From Rhynchobatus australiae (taxonomy: Eukaryota): a stretch of DNA of 64,000 nt. The DNA is taken from positions 20,307,151 through 20,371,150 of the forward strand of contig JAUZTB010000068.1 of NCBI GenBank assembly GCA_034780895.1. The letters run 5' to 3'. Both the position numbers and the translations under genes were made by a program. Below the pieces are notes generated by a model. The model had not been told where the DNA came from. It worked only from the letters and a program-made list of their open reading frames with translations, and did no database searches. Positions 1 to 14,139 of the stretch are shown in pieces. Each line of letters starts with the position of its first letter. Position 1 is the stretch's first letter.

Positions 1-192
1 TGTTTCAGGAACAGCTTCTTCCCCTCCACCATCAGATTTCTGAACGGTCCATGAACACTACCTCATTATTCCTCTTTCATACTATTTGTTTATTTTTGTA
101 AGTTACAGCAATTTTTGTCTTGCACTGTACTGCTGCCTCAAAACAACAAATTTCACAACATCTATCAGTGATAATAAACCTGATTCTGATCC
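1..192 (+). mobile_element. 3' end of a Rex1/Babar-type LINE
   Basis: ttcaggaacagcttcttcccctccaccatcagatttctgaacggtccatgaac...tcttgcactgtactgctgc...tcagtgataataaacctgattctgat closely matches 40845-41035, which follows an RT-encoding segment. Confidence 0.75.
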
Positions 193-699
193 TGGTTCCA
201 ATTTCCATTCATCATCATTCAGAATCTATAACTCCATACCACTTAATGCCTAGTATTAGGAAAAGTCATTTCACTTCAAATATAAATTTGAAATTGATTT
301 CATCTCCCAACCTCCAGCTTCCAGACATGAAGGTAAACCCAGGTAAATGTAGTGTAGTGTGTACTCTGTAATTTTTAAGAGGCAGTAACTAACACCATAG
401 GTAACTAAGTGTGATGCCACTTATGAAGTATTCGATCACACTCTGTGTGTTACTGCAATAAGAACTCACAAATGTAAAGACACTACACTGGTAAGGAGGA
501 TAGTTTTGAAAAAGAATCAAAGAGGCCCAAAGTCATGAAGACATCGCAAGTTTCAAGCATAGATACCCGTGGTGGTATGATAAGTCTTAGTAACTTCAAC
601 GTGCAGTCTGGAAGTGACGAGATTCAAGTTGTGACTTGAGCACAGAAGAATTAAAAGCTAGGTCATTGAAATAAGCATTGCAACTATAAAAGCAAGAAT

Positions 700-2120
700 G
701 GTGCAAAATGGCAGTCCGGATCCAACCCTGCTAAATCAGGAGCATTGGGAATCTATGATGAAGCACGTCACTTATCTGGAATGCATGGCAATGTTTTTCC
801 GATCACAAATATCATTGAAGTTTAGAGTGAACCATATGAGCGCATATCATAAAGGTAGACCCAGACATCATGGTTCCACACAAAATGAAAGTTCTTTCTT
901 TTTTTGCTGAGGTTATGAAGAGATTGCAGAAAGACTTTACTCCAGCACCCACAGTGATCATAAAAAGTTACAAATTCAGAAGCAGAAGGAAAAGGCAAGA
1001 GAGACCATTAGTATGTATATAGTGACAGTAAAGGATTTGTTGTGTCTGTAAATTTGGCACCTTCTTGAATCAAATTTTGCATCTCATTCACGTGCACTTC
1101 AACAGACCAACAAATTCAATCTAAGTTATTGAATACACAACGTTTGAGTAGGCATGTAAGACAGCCACAGCGATGGAGATGACTTTGAAATACACCAAGG
1201 AAATTTTGGCAGTGTTAATAAAATGTGAGGTCATGTGGCAGCAAAGTTGGGAGTGACAACATTAAATCCAAGATGCATGCATGAATGAGTTTAGTGAGAA
1301 AACTAAGAAAGGTGGGACAAACAGGCATCGATGTAATAGAGATCGCCCATCACAGTTTAAAGCAGCAAAATGCTTTAACTATAAAAAGAAAGAGCACATA
1401 ACCTCAGTATGTAATGAAACACACGGGATGATAAGCCACAGTAATGTCAACCAAGGAGCTTCTCAATGAGAAAAAGAGAAAGACTGATGACAAAAAGCCA
1501 CAAAGTAAAGACTTACACAAAACTGAAGCATGTGAACAGCTCGAACAGTAATTTAAACAGTTCATATGCTGCTATTGTCAGTAATGGAAAATACAGTGAT
1601 GTTAAAATTAAATTGAAAGTTAATGACCAATATGATGAAATGAACATCAATAGCTGTTGATTGTTCAGTCTTATACAGAAATATACACATAAAAAGGTAT
1701 AACAAAGCACCATTTGAAAAAAGCTGAATCTGAAGACATATCCAGAAGAGGCACTGAAAATGTGAGGTCAGATATGATGTATATTTCTTATAACAATCAA
1801 GAGTGAAGTTAACAATTATAATAACTCGCTCCACAAACAGGCCAATTCGATTAGAAAAGGCTGACTTAAAGATAGATTGGAAGAATGCACTAAGAATGAG
1901 CATTTCACAGCCATGGTTAGACTTCTACAGCATTTTGCAAACATACCCTTTGTATACTGGCATTAAGGGCCACAAAACCCACACATGCATCAAGCCAAAT
2001 GTCAAGTCAATCTACTGCAGGCCTACCCTGGACCAAACACGTTAGAGGCTCAAGCAGAGGAAGAATTGTACAAACTCAAATGACTTGGTGCTTCAGCTAA
2101 AACCACACAGAGTAACATGG
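700..2120 (+). mobile_element. Decayed Ty3/Gypsy LTR retrotransposon gag-protease region
   Basis: Broken frames give EHWES...YLECMAMFF (gag N-terminus-like), a degenerate zinc knuckle CFNYKKKEHITSVC, IKGHKTHTCIKPNVKSIYCRP and EELYKLK*LG (pre-RT linker). Many stops and frameshifts. Confidence 0.6.
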
Positions 2121-2179
2121 AGCTTGGTAGACCATGGCTGACAGAGCTCACAGTCCTACAAGATGTTCTGCCGGACTGT

Positions 2180-4160
2180 ATCTGTGCAAGTAGTAAGCAA
2201 CCAACACAAGGGATAAACCTACATGACTTCATTCTCACTAACCTACCAATTGAAGATGCATATACCAATGACAGCATTAGTAGGACTGACCATTACACTG
2301 TCCTCATAGCGACAAAGTCCAGTCTTTACACCAAGGTCTCCCTCCATCATATAGCATGCCATTATCATGGTGCCAAATAGAACAACTCAGAACTGATCTG
2401 ATAGAAGTGCAATGGACCACCAACAGCAGGACAAATGCAGACCAAGACAAACTGCAGCCTTGTGGTCTGGTACCTCCCTCATTCCACTGACAAAATCAGC
2501 CAGGGGATCAGACTTTGTTCAATGGGGAATGCAGGAGGACGTGCAGAGTGCAGGCTTACCTAAAAATGAAGTCCCATTCTGTCAAAGCTGCCACATAAGG
2601 TAACATGCATTTTTAACAACAAAACACCATGCAACAGAAAGAACCAAGCCATTCTTGAGCATGCAGATCTGCAATCCCGCCACATCCAGTTATGAATAGT
2701 GGTAAACAGATTACAGAAGGAGGATCCAAAAACATCTCCATACTCAGTGCTGCCGGGACCCAGTATGTGAGTGCTGAAGACAAGGCCTAAACATTTGCAA
2801 TGACATTCAGCCAGAAGTGCCTCAGTTTCCTCCTGAACTCTCCACCATCACAAAAGCCAATCAGCAGACAAGTCAATTCATTTATTGAAATCAAGGTGCA
2901 GATGAGAATCTTTGATACAGCAAAGGCTACAGAACCAGACAACATCCCAGCAGTAGTACTGAAGACTTGCATCTGGAACTAGTTGCACTTCAAGCCAAGC
3001 TGTTCCAGTACCACTAAAAGACTGTGGAAAAGTGTCCAGATATGTCCTGTCCACAAAGATCAGGACAAATGCAACTACCACCCAATCAGTCTACACTGAA
3101 TTGGTAGCAAAATGATGGAAGAGTTTATGACAGTGTTATCAAGTGGCACTTACTCACCAATAACCTGCTCACCAGTGCAAGTCTGTGTTTCACCAGACCA
3201 CTCAGTTCCAGATCTGATGCAAACAGAGACAAAAGCGCTGATTTCCATAGGTGAGGAGAGAGTGATTGCTTGACATCAAAGCAGTGGCAAAGAGCCAGTG
3301 GATGCACAATGTTCAATTCCATTTGTGAATTCTTAGAAAATAAAGCACTCCATTCCTACATGCAGAAAGACATGGACAACATGCAGGCATGAGCTGATAG
3401 GTGATAAGTAACATTCACAGCACTGAAGTGCCAAGCAATCTCCAACCAGAGAAAGTCCAACCATCTGCGCAAGACTTCAGTGGTATTACCATAACAATTT
3501 CTCCCATCATCAACATCCTGGCAATCACCACTAACCAGAAACACTATGGGACCAGCCACAAAATGTCAGTAGCCACAAGAGCAGATCAGAGGAGGGGTAT
3601 CCTGTGGCAAGTGACCCACCTCTTGTCACCTTAAATCCTTTCCAGCATTTACAAGGCACAAACATGAGTGCAATGAATTACTCTCCACTTGCCTAAATGA
3701 GTTTAATTGCAATAAAGATCAAAAAGCTCAACACCATAGAGAACAATGCAGTTCACTTGGTTAGCACACAATCAACAAGCCTAACCATTCATTCCCTCCA
3801 GCACTGGTGGCAGTATGTGACAACTATAAAATGCACTGCAGCTACTCTCCTAGGCTACTCCAATTCCACCTCCCTAACTGCGACTTCCACCCCAATAAGA
3901 GGACAAGGGCAGCAGGAGCACGGGAACATACCAGTTACCTGTTCCCCTTCAAGTCACCAAGATCCTAACTTGGAACTACATCGCCATTCCTTCATCACTG
4001 CTGGGTCTAGATCCTGAAATTCCCTACTCAAGGGCACATTGGAAGTACCTTCACCAGAGAAACCACAACATATGATGAAGATAGCTAACTGCCACCTGCT
4101 TCTCAATTGCAATTATAGATGGGCGATAAATGTTCACCTTGCCAGTAATGCCTGCAACAT
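2180..4160 (+). mobile_element. Decayed non-LTR retrotransposon (CR1/L2/Jockey-group RT) with 3' UTR
   Basis: RIFDTAKATEPDNIPAVVLKTC, CPVHKDQDK..NYHPISL (RT entry motifs), SPIINILAIT..QK, and tail gatgggcgataaatgttcaccttgccag. An antisense copy lies at 11305-11990. Confidence 0.8.
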
Positions 4161-4529
4161 GAACAAGTTGGCACAACCTGCAGACCTATGTAGTGTCACT
4201 TAAAATTAGGTTTCATGATAAATGGCTGCACTTACAGACAAGTAGGGTGAAATACAACTGGTGAAATGTTTCATTGAAAATGTCCATGGAAGTATAAGTC
4301 TTGTACTTACCAGGAGATCATGAATTTAGTATAGTCAATATTTTTATTTCATAACACTGAGACTTAATGGTGATCTTACCACATTGGACACTTAAAGACC
4401 TGTGTTCTATGGTCTGCTTTGATTAATATCAGGCATACGTAAACNNNNNNNNNNAGCATAAGGAACCATCTTCAGCTTTTGAAATCTCCATCTTGGAGGA
4501 CTCCTTATAAGCTTGTAACAAACACAATT

Positions 4530-4880
4530 GCACAGATAACAGAGCTGGTGCCTCACGTCTCCAACAGCCCAGGTTCAATCCTGACATCCGGTGCTGTCTA
4601 TGTGGAGTTTGTACATAGAGTTCCTCGAGGAAAACCATACAGTCTCCCTGAGACTCTATGGGTTTCCTCGAGGTGCCCTGGTTTCCTTCCACATCCCAAA
4701 GATATATTCATAGGTTATCTGGTCACTGTAAATTATGCCTGGTTTGTAGGTAGAATCTGGGGGGAGTTGATTCGAACATGGAGGAGAGAAATAGATGAGT
4801 GTAAAATGGGAGCTTGATGGTTGGTATGAAATGGATGGGCCATAAGCCCTGTTTCCATGCTGTATGACACTATGACTCCA
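4530..4880 (+). mobile_element. tRNA-derived V-SINE (HE1-like)
   Basis: B-box ggttcaatcc, V-domain-like ggtgctgtctatgtggagtttg...gggtttcctc...ggtttccttccacatcccaaaga, and CR1-like tail ccctgtttccatgctgtatgacactatgact. Confidence 0.75.
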
Positions 4881-6239
4881 GGATATAATTTAAAATAAAC
4901 TCACACAGTGCTTGCAGATATATCAAAGCATCACAACAAGTGGAATATGTTTCCAAACCTTAAAGGGTAAAATTAGGATATATTTAATAATTCTTCATGC
5001 TCAGAATTATCAACAGTTAACTGTCAAGACTTTCCTTTGTCAACCTGTCACCTACATCTTCATCTAAGCTTTAGGATATCTCACTTTTACCTGGTTTCTC
5101 TCACTCATCTGTGAAGTGCACTGGGATGAATCCATATGTCAAAGATACAAATATAGAAGCAAGTTTCTGGAGTGGTAATAATCATAGTAATAAGTTACTG
5201 GAAAAGATGGCTGATACCAAAAGTCATTTAAAAAAACGGCTAGCTATAAATCTACTAACTATATAATAGATTTACCCTTCTTAGATAATTAAATCCAATT
5301 GCTGAAGAACCTCCTCTATTCAAGGTATCTTGAGAGCTTTAATTTATATATTCAATGAATTAACCTACAAACAGGTGGGATTCTTTAACTCTAGATCTAT
5401 TCTGGATTTAAATACTAAAAAAGGAATCAGCTTTAGAATAATTTGGCAAAATAATACACAGAACATGTTCCCAGTTGGAGTATCACTATAATATATACTC
5501 TGACAGCTCATAAACTAGTTTATATGTTTGTTTTTCCTAGTTTAGATAGCTGGAAGTGCAGAGTAGAATGTAGGTAGGCAGAAATGTGAAGCTGAGATTA
5601 TAATCAGATCAGTCATGATCACATTGAATGGCAGAGTAGGTTTGATGTACTTTCTGCTGCTCCTAGTTCACATGATCATGATGTCCCACTCCCAAAGGAC
5701 CTACGGAATCATAGGCATTTCAACACTCGAGGCTCTAATTCATTTGGTGTATAATACTGCAGCACTCCCTTGTCCAAGAAGCCATTGTTTGTGTGCAACC
5801 CTAGACAGTAAATGTTTGTAAGCTATTTGATTGTAAATAGTATCACATTAAATTTGTGTCCTTAGTCAATCTCCAGATGAGTATTTTCCAACAGGATTTA
5901 CTAGACAACAAAGGAATGGAATGCTGCATTTCACTACTACAACCCTACTGCTAGACTGATGGAATAGTCTAACCTAATCTGGTATAGACCCGCTATTCTT
6001 TCTCATTGGCATGGTGCATTTTCACAATGGAATTTGCTCAGACCAATTGAGCCCCTGGTCTATTGGTTTCACGGAAGGACGTTGGTGATGGATAAGTCCT
6101 GCCTGCCCTCCATCCTTTTCCTCACAGATCCATATTTGTTTTCAGTTTCCCAATGTATTTAAATTAAGATCATTATCTTATTCCTTTAATCCACCCATAA
6201 TTGCTTCAGTCTGAGATTTCCCAATACATTGCTTAAATC

Positions 6240-7135
6240 TGACCTTTTACACATCCATTCCTCTTTCTCTTCGTTCCACTTTGAAAGCAGATATTTTATC
6301 AATCTTACTTTGTGGAACTGCATAAACACCTCCATCTCTCCACTTCATGCTCCATTTTAAAAACCTTCTCAAAGTCCATTTTTTGCATTCAAGCTTTTAG
6401 TCATCTGCCTGACTCCCATGCTAGGGCTATACGTCCACACCTTTATTCCTTTCATCTATTCAGATAGAACCAATGATGAAACATTGACAGCAATCTGCAT
6501 CAAACTTTTAAAGACCTCTTCTAAACAAGAGCATTGCTGAGTATTATACATTTAACGTTTATCTCTCAGATACTCAGTGATCATCACATTGTCCGAAGAA
6601 CAGAAAACAAAACACTGATAACTCTAATCACCACTGCATTCTAGGACTCTAGGCACATCTATACTCAGCAGAGTGACGTTAATGAAGTTTAAAAAAAATA
6701 AAACAACAGCTGGACAATTTCTAGCCATCTTGTGCCTTAACAATGAAATAAATCGTTGGAACATCTTAGATAACATTTTAATGTATTGTGGCCTGGCATC
6801 TCTGTATACTAGTAAATTGTACAGGTGCTAAATCCACCTCATTAAATTACTATTTCTTGCACTCACTTTCCTTTAGCACCTTCACTGGTGGATGTGCCTT
6901 CAGCATTAAATCCCCTAGCTCTATAATTTCTTCCTTAAACTACTATGTCTATTCACTCTGCCCATCTAAGACCCCCTTTGAAACCCAACTTTTCAACTGG
7001 TATAGTTGCCACCAACCTCCCTCCACACATAACCTTCACTTCTTGGGTTCAGTCTCCATATTTCTTTATATCTTGCAGATCTTGGATACTTTTCTACATT
7101 AAATGTACTATATTAATGGAAGTGGTTGCTGTGAA
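6240..7135 (+). mobile_element. Two decayed L2-type 3' end fragments (about 6240-6420 and 6850-7135)
   Basis: tgtggaactgc...ttaaaaaccttctcaaagtcc...caagcttttagtca, and gtgccttcagc...ttctacattaaatgtactatattaatggaagtggttgctg, resembling L2 3' ends as remembered. Confidence 0.5.
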
Positions 7136-7620
7136 TTCAGTTTTCAATTTCTAAACAATTTGCATTTTCATCAACAGTTCCATGGAGGAAAAAAAATCCA
7201 GAATAGCGAGAACCACAACCTGCAGGGGCACAGACCTGGTAATGGAAGGGGGAATTGAAGGATTGAAGGAAGCAATCAAGAAGTCATGGTCAGGCAATAG
7301 AATCAAGTCTGTCTCCTTCTCGTTGACCTGTGCAATGAGTTCAGTCAACTTCTATGAATCCTCATTTGCTTTAACATTACCAACTTTTAATATAAAGCAA
7401 TTTGTTGCATACCCGGGAAATTGATTTTGGACTTTTCAGAATCAAGCTGTTGTTTGAATCTCAAAACTAATTAGTTGACTTCTTATGTAGAACAAGTGAA
7501 ATCACAAGGCCATTAATACTTTCTGTGCCTTATGTGCCTGCTTGGACATGCAGATCCAAAAGATATAAGCATGTTTTTCCAATAGTGTTGCCTTCAAGTG
7601 GCTGTTAAAAATTGCCCTAC

Positions 7621-7739
7621 CTTCGACGAGTGAGGTGAGTAAGGTGACATTGGCTGCTTTGCGCCTTCCTGCAGGCAAATTCAGTCCAATCTTTTCCAAC
7701 TTTTCTCTCAAGGATCTACCACCATTTTTTGACTTTGCC
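7621..7739 (-). CDS. TFAP2E: AP-2 family coding exon 5 ([40 protein letters not shown])
   Basis: Acceptor ttccttag|G GCA AAG and donor GAA G|gtaggg; 119 nt, phase 2 to 1. Canonical AP-2 basic/helix-span-helix sequence. The next exon (EAVHLARDF...) was not found in 1-7620. Confidence 0.96.
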
Positions 7740-8120
7740 CTAAGGAAGACATATAGGTGTTTAAATCCAGTGTACAGATGGAAAAGTAACAATTCCATTA
7801 ACTTTTCATCTTTCTACTCAGAATATCCATGAACTTAGTTATATTTTGTAAGATGTAAAATAGTCAGTAAGCTCATTGTTGCTTAGAAAATCTCAGTTTT
7901 TATGTTTCTTTCTCCATGTTCAGTCTCCATTTTTTCAATCTCCATGTTTTTTTTCAATATCACCTTTGTTATTTCTCTTCCTTTTCATCTTTTAAGCTCA
8001 ATGTCTCTCATTGTTATTTTTATCTCTGATATAGTACAATTTATTTATCATTCTCAACTCTTTTCATTGACTCCAACCCCAGCTGTTAACTTCTTGACTA
8101 ACATTCCCTCCTTCGCTCAC

Positions 8121-8346
8121 CTCCTCAGCACTCCTCCGAGTAGTGATGCATTCAGACACTCTGGTGGTGATAGACGCCTCTGAACTTCTCCCACGGTCAC
8201 TTTGTACTTGGAAGTGGAGCTGAGCAGTGACAGGCGGCCTGGGACTGAGCAGAACACTTCATTTGGGTTTGTCACACCTCCAACTGAGCCATCCTTTTGC
8301 ATGTTCAAAGAAAGTGAACTGCCATTGGCTTTAATTGGCATTGGAA
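8121..8346 (-). CDS. TFAP2E: AP-2 family coding exon 4, start of the basic DNA-binding region (VPMPIK...[47 protein letters not shown])
   Basis: Acceptor ttgcag|TT CCA and donor AG|gtgagc; 226 nt, phase 1 to 2. Near-invariant AP-2 sequence. VTVGEV indicates beta/epsilon rather than alpha, and GGVTNP resembles epsilon. Confidence 0.96.
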
Positions 8347-9262
8347 CTGCAATAAAGCAAAAAATGTCACTATAGAATGTAGAGCATAAAACTTTGAAAG
8401 CACTCTCAGAGAAACAGCAGTTATCATTGAATGGGTGAAGCAATACAAGAAATTTTTGTAAAAAATCAATCAAGGAGTAAAATGATGTGTGGCATTTCCC
8501 TGTAGATTTTGGTAAGATATGTGAGACAATGGTAGGTCAGGGATGTTACTGAAGATGGACATTGAGTTAGACCAGCTTCATTTGTAAAATCACAAACTTA
8601 TATGACAAGTCCCAAACTCCTATCCACAAACTCCTCAGTTATTAGCCACTGGCCATCCATTATCTTGTATACCACCCATGGTGTGGCTAATAAAAGTCCT
8701 TGAATAAATGTTTTTAAGTATTTTGACTTTGCTCAGTGTTTCTGGCTGAATCAGGACAAATGAACACCAGGATTTAGATTTCAGTGACGGTTCCAGGAGC
8801 GTACACAAATGATTGCAATTGGCACTAGTCCTGCACAATGTTTTAAGGTACAAAATATTTTTTTTTTAAATTAGAACTTCCCAAAAATGGATGTTGGTTT
8901 CCAAGATCCTGACATCTGCCTTTTCCTGAAAGTATTAACCCTTTTTTTGATCTAGGGCATAACCAGTGTAATGTTTAGCATCCACAGTAATAGTTCCAGC
9001 TCCTACTGCTGGCTTGATGTCTGATGAGCATGAGGAAGGCCAACAGAACATTAAAAAGCATTGTATCAAAGGCTACACAAAATGCCAGTCAAATTTGGTA
9101 AAATTTTTACATGGTGCCTGTTTGACATATAAGACCTACTCAAACGCCAGCAATTGCTTAAGAATCTATTTTATATTTTCCTGATAATTTTCTGACAAAT
9201 ACTAAACCCCCACTATCCTCCCACCATTTCAACCATACTACAGCCCCTCCCATACATAAACA

Positions 9263-9264
<2 letters not shown>

Positions 9265-9320
<56 letters not shown>
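9265..9320. repeat. (CA)n microsatellite
   Basis: Directly visible. Confidence 0.98.
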
Positions 9321-9323
<3 letters not shown>

Positions 9324-9604
9324 TCCAATTGTATTTGATGCTTAGACTATGAATAGGAATTCTCTTTGGTCAGGAATTCTCATTAACAACATTGAATAAG
9401 AACACCAGTGGTGGGAAAATAAGTAGTTAGACAGAGAAACTGGAGCTCCAATTCCAGTGCACTTTCAGTGTAAGTATTTATTGCCTTTCCAATGCTATGG
9501 TGTTTTATTCAGGATCATTTAGGGGTTGCAACCTTTTTGAACTGATGATCAGCCTTCGGTGATTTTCAAACAAAGAATGTGAGCTGTTGTGAAAATTATA
9601 GTTA

Positions 9605-9745
9605 ACTTTTTTATTCCTAATCCAGTGGCAACTGAGATCAAGTATAGCGTCCACAACTAGTCCATTAACTCAGAACTACAGGAGATTGGATTTGGCACTT
9701 TCCTGGTCAGTTTGATACATTTATTTACTGGAAAATCACTGAACC
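9605..9745 (-). mobile_element. LF-SINE-like fragment
   Basis: tcctaatccagtggcaactgagatcaagtatagcgtcc...taactcagaac...ggcactttcctggtcagtttg resembles the reverse complement of the LF-SINE 5' half as remembered, and resembles 25195-25340. Confidence 0.45.
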
Positions 9746-11094
9746 ATAGATTGGTTCCTTTATGTTGAAGGTTTATAATTAGTTATGGATGTAGAACATG
9801 GTGGTCTTTTCCATTGGATAACTGTCACAGCTAAATTATCAATTTTCAGTCAAGTAATTTAGCCACCAAACACACAAACAATCCAGTACTCGACCAAACT
9901 ACCAGTTATAGTCCATGTGGCAACTGGGCTATCAGCATGTTGTTGGGTAGGGTAAGTTGTGCATATTGAGACCAATTAACAACATTAGTTTCAAATTACA
10001 ATCCTGTTCCACATTTATTGAAACTTAAATTTATGTAAGCTTGGATTAATATGTTTAATATAACGTTTACTTATTTGTTTCCTTCTGTTCACTCACTAAA
10101 TAGAAACCATTTTTTCTTGTACTGGTTATGTGGAAAATTAAATTTGCATGTAAACAAACTGTAACTTGAAGCATGAACATTTGATTCATGCACAAGCTCT
10201 CTATCACCCACTGTACAAACAAGGTAATATTGAGCACTAGCATCTGTATACAACTGCAGTTAAAAGTATTATTTTGTATGTACTAATTTATTAACAAGGT
10301 TTTACTGTACAGCTAAATATCCAAGACACAGTAGAAATCCTAACAAAAGTATGCAAGGTACATTTGGAAATGGCTGTGTTGACAGTACAGTATGTGACCT
10401 GTGAAACTGTGATGAGATATCCATCCTTATTCCTTATGGAATCTCAATTGTTTCACCAAAAGGAAAAATTATGGAGTCAAGCAAAGGAGCAGGGAGTCTA
10501 ACTGGTGTTTAACAGTCTTTCTCAAATAATGCATGATGATTAATATAAGAATACCATCGGTCTGAAAGGTGCATGTACCTTGTATTCATATTATGTGGTA
10601 AATGACCCACAAAATGGGATGAGGGAAAAGCAAAGGGGGTAAAGTTAGATTGTATGATATTCTTTGGCAAAAGAAGTTAGGAAATAAGATACATTATGCA
10701 TATCAATGTCGAAAAAATCCAAGAAAAATCTCAAATGGAAGAATTGAATAGGTAGATAGGAAATAGAGTATATATAGTGTAAACAATGCTTAGATATGTT
10801 GTCCATTTTGGTTCAGTAATTTCAAGTATTTATGGAAAAAATGCCATCTACATATATTACACAGAATTAGATCAAATTCAAGATCGGTCATTCAACCTAA
10901 TGGTTCAATGCTAGTGTCTGCTCCACATCAGCCTTCTCCCTTCTGTACATTCCTCGCTCATAGATAAATACAGTTTCCTTTTAAATACAGCTATGCTTTT
11001 CATTTCAATGATTCCCTGTCACATCAAATTCCATATTCTAATCACACTGAGAGTGAAGGAGTTTCTGCTGAACTCCCATAGTTTGTTGGGTAAT

Positions 11095-11270
11095 ACCTTT
11101 CACAACTTTAGGACATTCCAAAGCACTCAACCTACACTGAAGTATTTTCTTGAAGTGTAGTCGTCACTGTGATGCAGGAACTTTTACAAGGCAAGCTCTT
11201 GCAATGAGATAATGATTAGATATTCTGCTTTCATGTTCTGACTCTTCAGGGATAAATATTGCTCAGTGTT
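11095..11270 (-). mobile_element. DeuSINE (SacSINE1/AmnSINE-like) fragment
   Basis: cctttcacaactttaggacattccaaagcact...tgaagtgtagtc...gcaatgagataatga...agggataaatattg resembles the reversed 3' part of Deu-domain SINEs. Confidence 0.5.
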
Positions 11271-11304
11271 AAATATATCCCTTCTTTATATAATATTCAT
11301 TTCC

Positions 11305-11990
11305 GGTATATGGGCATCATGGGCAAGTCCAGCATTTATTTCCCATCCCCCATTGCCCATAAGTGCCTTCTTGAACCATTGCAGTCTTGATGGAGTTACC
11401 TAATGTTATTGGACAGGGAGATCCAGGATTTAGAACCAGCAACAATGAAGATCTGCCAATTACATTTCCAAGTCAGGATGATGCAGGACTTGGAGGCCTG
11501 CCTGCAGGTAGTAATATTCCCATACACATGTTGCCCTTCTCTTTCTAGGTAGTATTGGTTGTGGGTTGGGAGATACTGTCAACGTAGCCTGAGGAAGCAA
11601 CTGCAGTGCATTTTTCAGTTGGTACACACTGCAGCCACTATGCACTGGTCGTTTAAGGAAAGAATGTTTAGGGTGGTGAAGGAGGAGCCCATCAAGCAGA
11701 CTAATTTTTCCTGGATAGTGCCAAGTTTTTTGAGAGTTGTGGAAAGTCCTTGGGGTGTTAGGAGGTGAGATGCTTGCTGCAGAATATGTAGCCTCTGACC
11801 TGCTTTTGTAGCCACAGTATATCTGTGGCTGGTCCAGCTGAGTTTCTGGTCAATGGTGGCCCCCGGGATGTTGATGTTGGGGGACTCGGCAATGGTAATT
11901 CCATTGAATGTCAAAAGTAGGTGACTGGATTCTTTCTTGTTGGAGATGGTCATTGCCTGGAACTCTGTGGTGTGAATTTTCCTTACCATT
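11305..11990 (-). mobile_element. Antisense 3' fragment of the same LINE family as 2180-4160
   Basis: ORF 11615-11989 (LTFNGITIAESPNINIPGATIDQKLSWTSH..TVATKAGQRLHILQQASHLLTPQGLST) aligns with the 3401-3634 peptide. Tail ccagcatttatttcccatccc is the reverse of the 4110-4150 tail. Confidence 0.8.
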
Positions 11991-14139
11991 ATCCAGAAAC
12001 ATCGAATATCAAAAGATAAATATCAAACAAAAATGTACTACATACAGTTGTCACAAGTGGTGTACAAAGTATTCAGAGTCAAAAATGGAAAATTTGGTAA
12101 GCATGACACCAAAATTGTTAATGCCTATTTTTGGGGGAGTGGCAAAATGCACATCAAGCTTCAGAATAGCATCTGTGAGCTTGTGGGATGAGTCAAGCCA
12201 GATGTCATACTGGTGAGGTGATCGGTAAAGCACACATGAATGCCTGGTGGCAATAGACAGAAGTGGCAGGTTATATTGATCATCAGGACTCTCATTTTGG
12301 TGTTCAATACTGCACCTAACATCCTTAATTTTATACCTTATACAGCTGAACATGTTTGGCAGCAGAATGGTCCACCAATTATTGGGATATAAAGGTATTA
12401 TCAACTATTTCAGCTAAGTTGTGGTTGATTTCTGCTGGTTATTGTTACAAAACTACAAGTGTTTGACATCTTGCATGGTGATATAAAGTTGCAAAAGCAA
12501 ACATGGAGTGATGAAGGAATATTTTGCCGTCATCAATATTTCCGCACAAACCAGATGTTTCTGAAAATTGTCCTTGCAATATAGTCTGACGAGGAGAATA
12601 AGCAGAAGGCATACAGAGCAATAAAAACTGCTGAAGTGTGGTGGGGGAATAGCTCTCAGCAGGATGCTACAACCTTTCAGAAAGCAAAGCTCTCACCCAA
12701 ACCTCTGCAAGAAATATATGAAACATCTACACTTCAATATGGACATCTTCACTAAAATCTTCCATACACTGCAAACACAACTGAAACCTTAAGGAATGAA
12801 ACACCAGTGGTTGCCAAGGTGATCATATCAACTATGTGCCAGGCTCCTCTTAGGCTGGTGTGGTGGCACATTCAACAACCTGTGTTGTACAAGGAAGGTC
12901 ACAAACATTGTTTATTCAAAGAGAGTTAATTACATTTCATTTGGTATTGTCAGAGGTCTGCTAACAGAGAGGGAATAGAATTGGCTTTGAGACAATTTCC
13001 AATAATTCAGGATGTCATTTATTACATGAATAAGGCTTTGTCAGTGATACATGTTAAATTTGATATGTACCAGAAACAGAAATTCTTAATATCCATTTGC
13101 TGTGTAATATGCTCAAGTCATTGCCCAGGTCCACTGGCAGCACCCAGGTAACCTTCATTCTCCAGTAATCCACTGTCCCAGCCACATACCAAATTAAGAT
13201 TCCCTACTGAGTGTCAAGGGCCATTCGCTGATGATGTGGCTGGTGGTTCCAGCACTGTCTTGACTTTAGGCCTACAATTCCTACTGCATCACTCTCTGTT
13301 ATCCATTAAATTAAACACAATGTCAGTGTTTGATCTGGTGTCTTTAAGTATCAAATTGATGGTGTATCATCATCATTATCATTGCCTTGTTGATATTTCT
13401 CTACTGCCTGCCCAATTGCAAGTATTAGGTATCTGAAGGGAAAAAAGACCAAGCACCAGATTGTTACACAAGGGAAGTGAAGTAAGAGGTGCACACAAAC
13501 ACCATGTGTAGCCTGAGAAGTTGAAGGAAATGTAGGCTGAGAGGGCAGTGAGATGTGAGAAGAAAGAATAGGAATAGGGTTACAACTGACTCTGGCTACT
13601 GGCAACAGCCTTTCCAGTAATGGCTATATCCCTTTTTTCCATGGGTGTTAGGACATGTATGTATTTCTGGCCTCTGCTTAGGCACTTTGTCCTGCTACAG
13701 AAAGGTATGTCTGGCAGTGAGTACATACAAAGTAAATGAGGGAAGAGGCTGTCATGGTTGAACAACTGGCAGTGTGTGCAAGCTGTTATTAGTGAGTGTG
13801 AATTTTGTAACAATGCTAAGAATATGAAAATGAAGTGAGTATATGAACAGTGGGCATCATTTGTCATTAATAGAGATTGTTTATGGGTAATGTGGATGCA
13901 GTGAATTGATTAGTGCCTAAGGTTAATGGTGCAGACAGTGGAAACTGGAAATGACTCCAAAGATTTGACCACATGTGAGATCAATGAACTTCTCATCCTC
14001 TCTAGACAGCACTCCTGGCATTGATTTCCTGGCTATTTCTTGCACTGCACCCTAAGACTGGAGGGTCTACTTCCTACATCTGGAGGGTCTTGTAGCCCCT
14101 GAAAATACAGGATATCCTTCCTACATTGCTTAATTTTGG

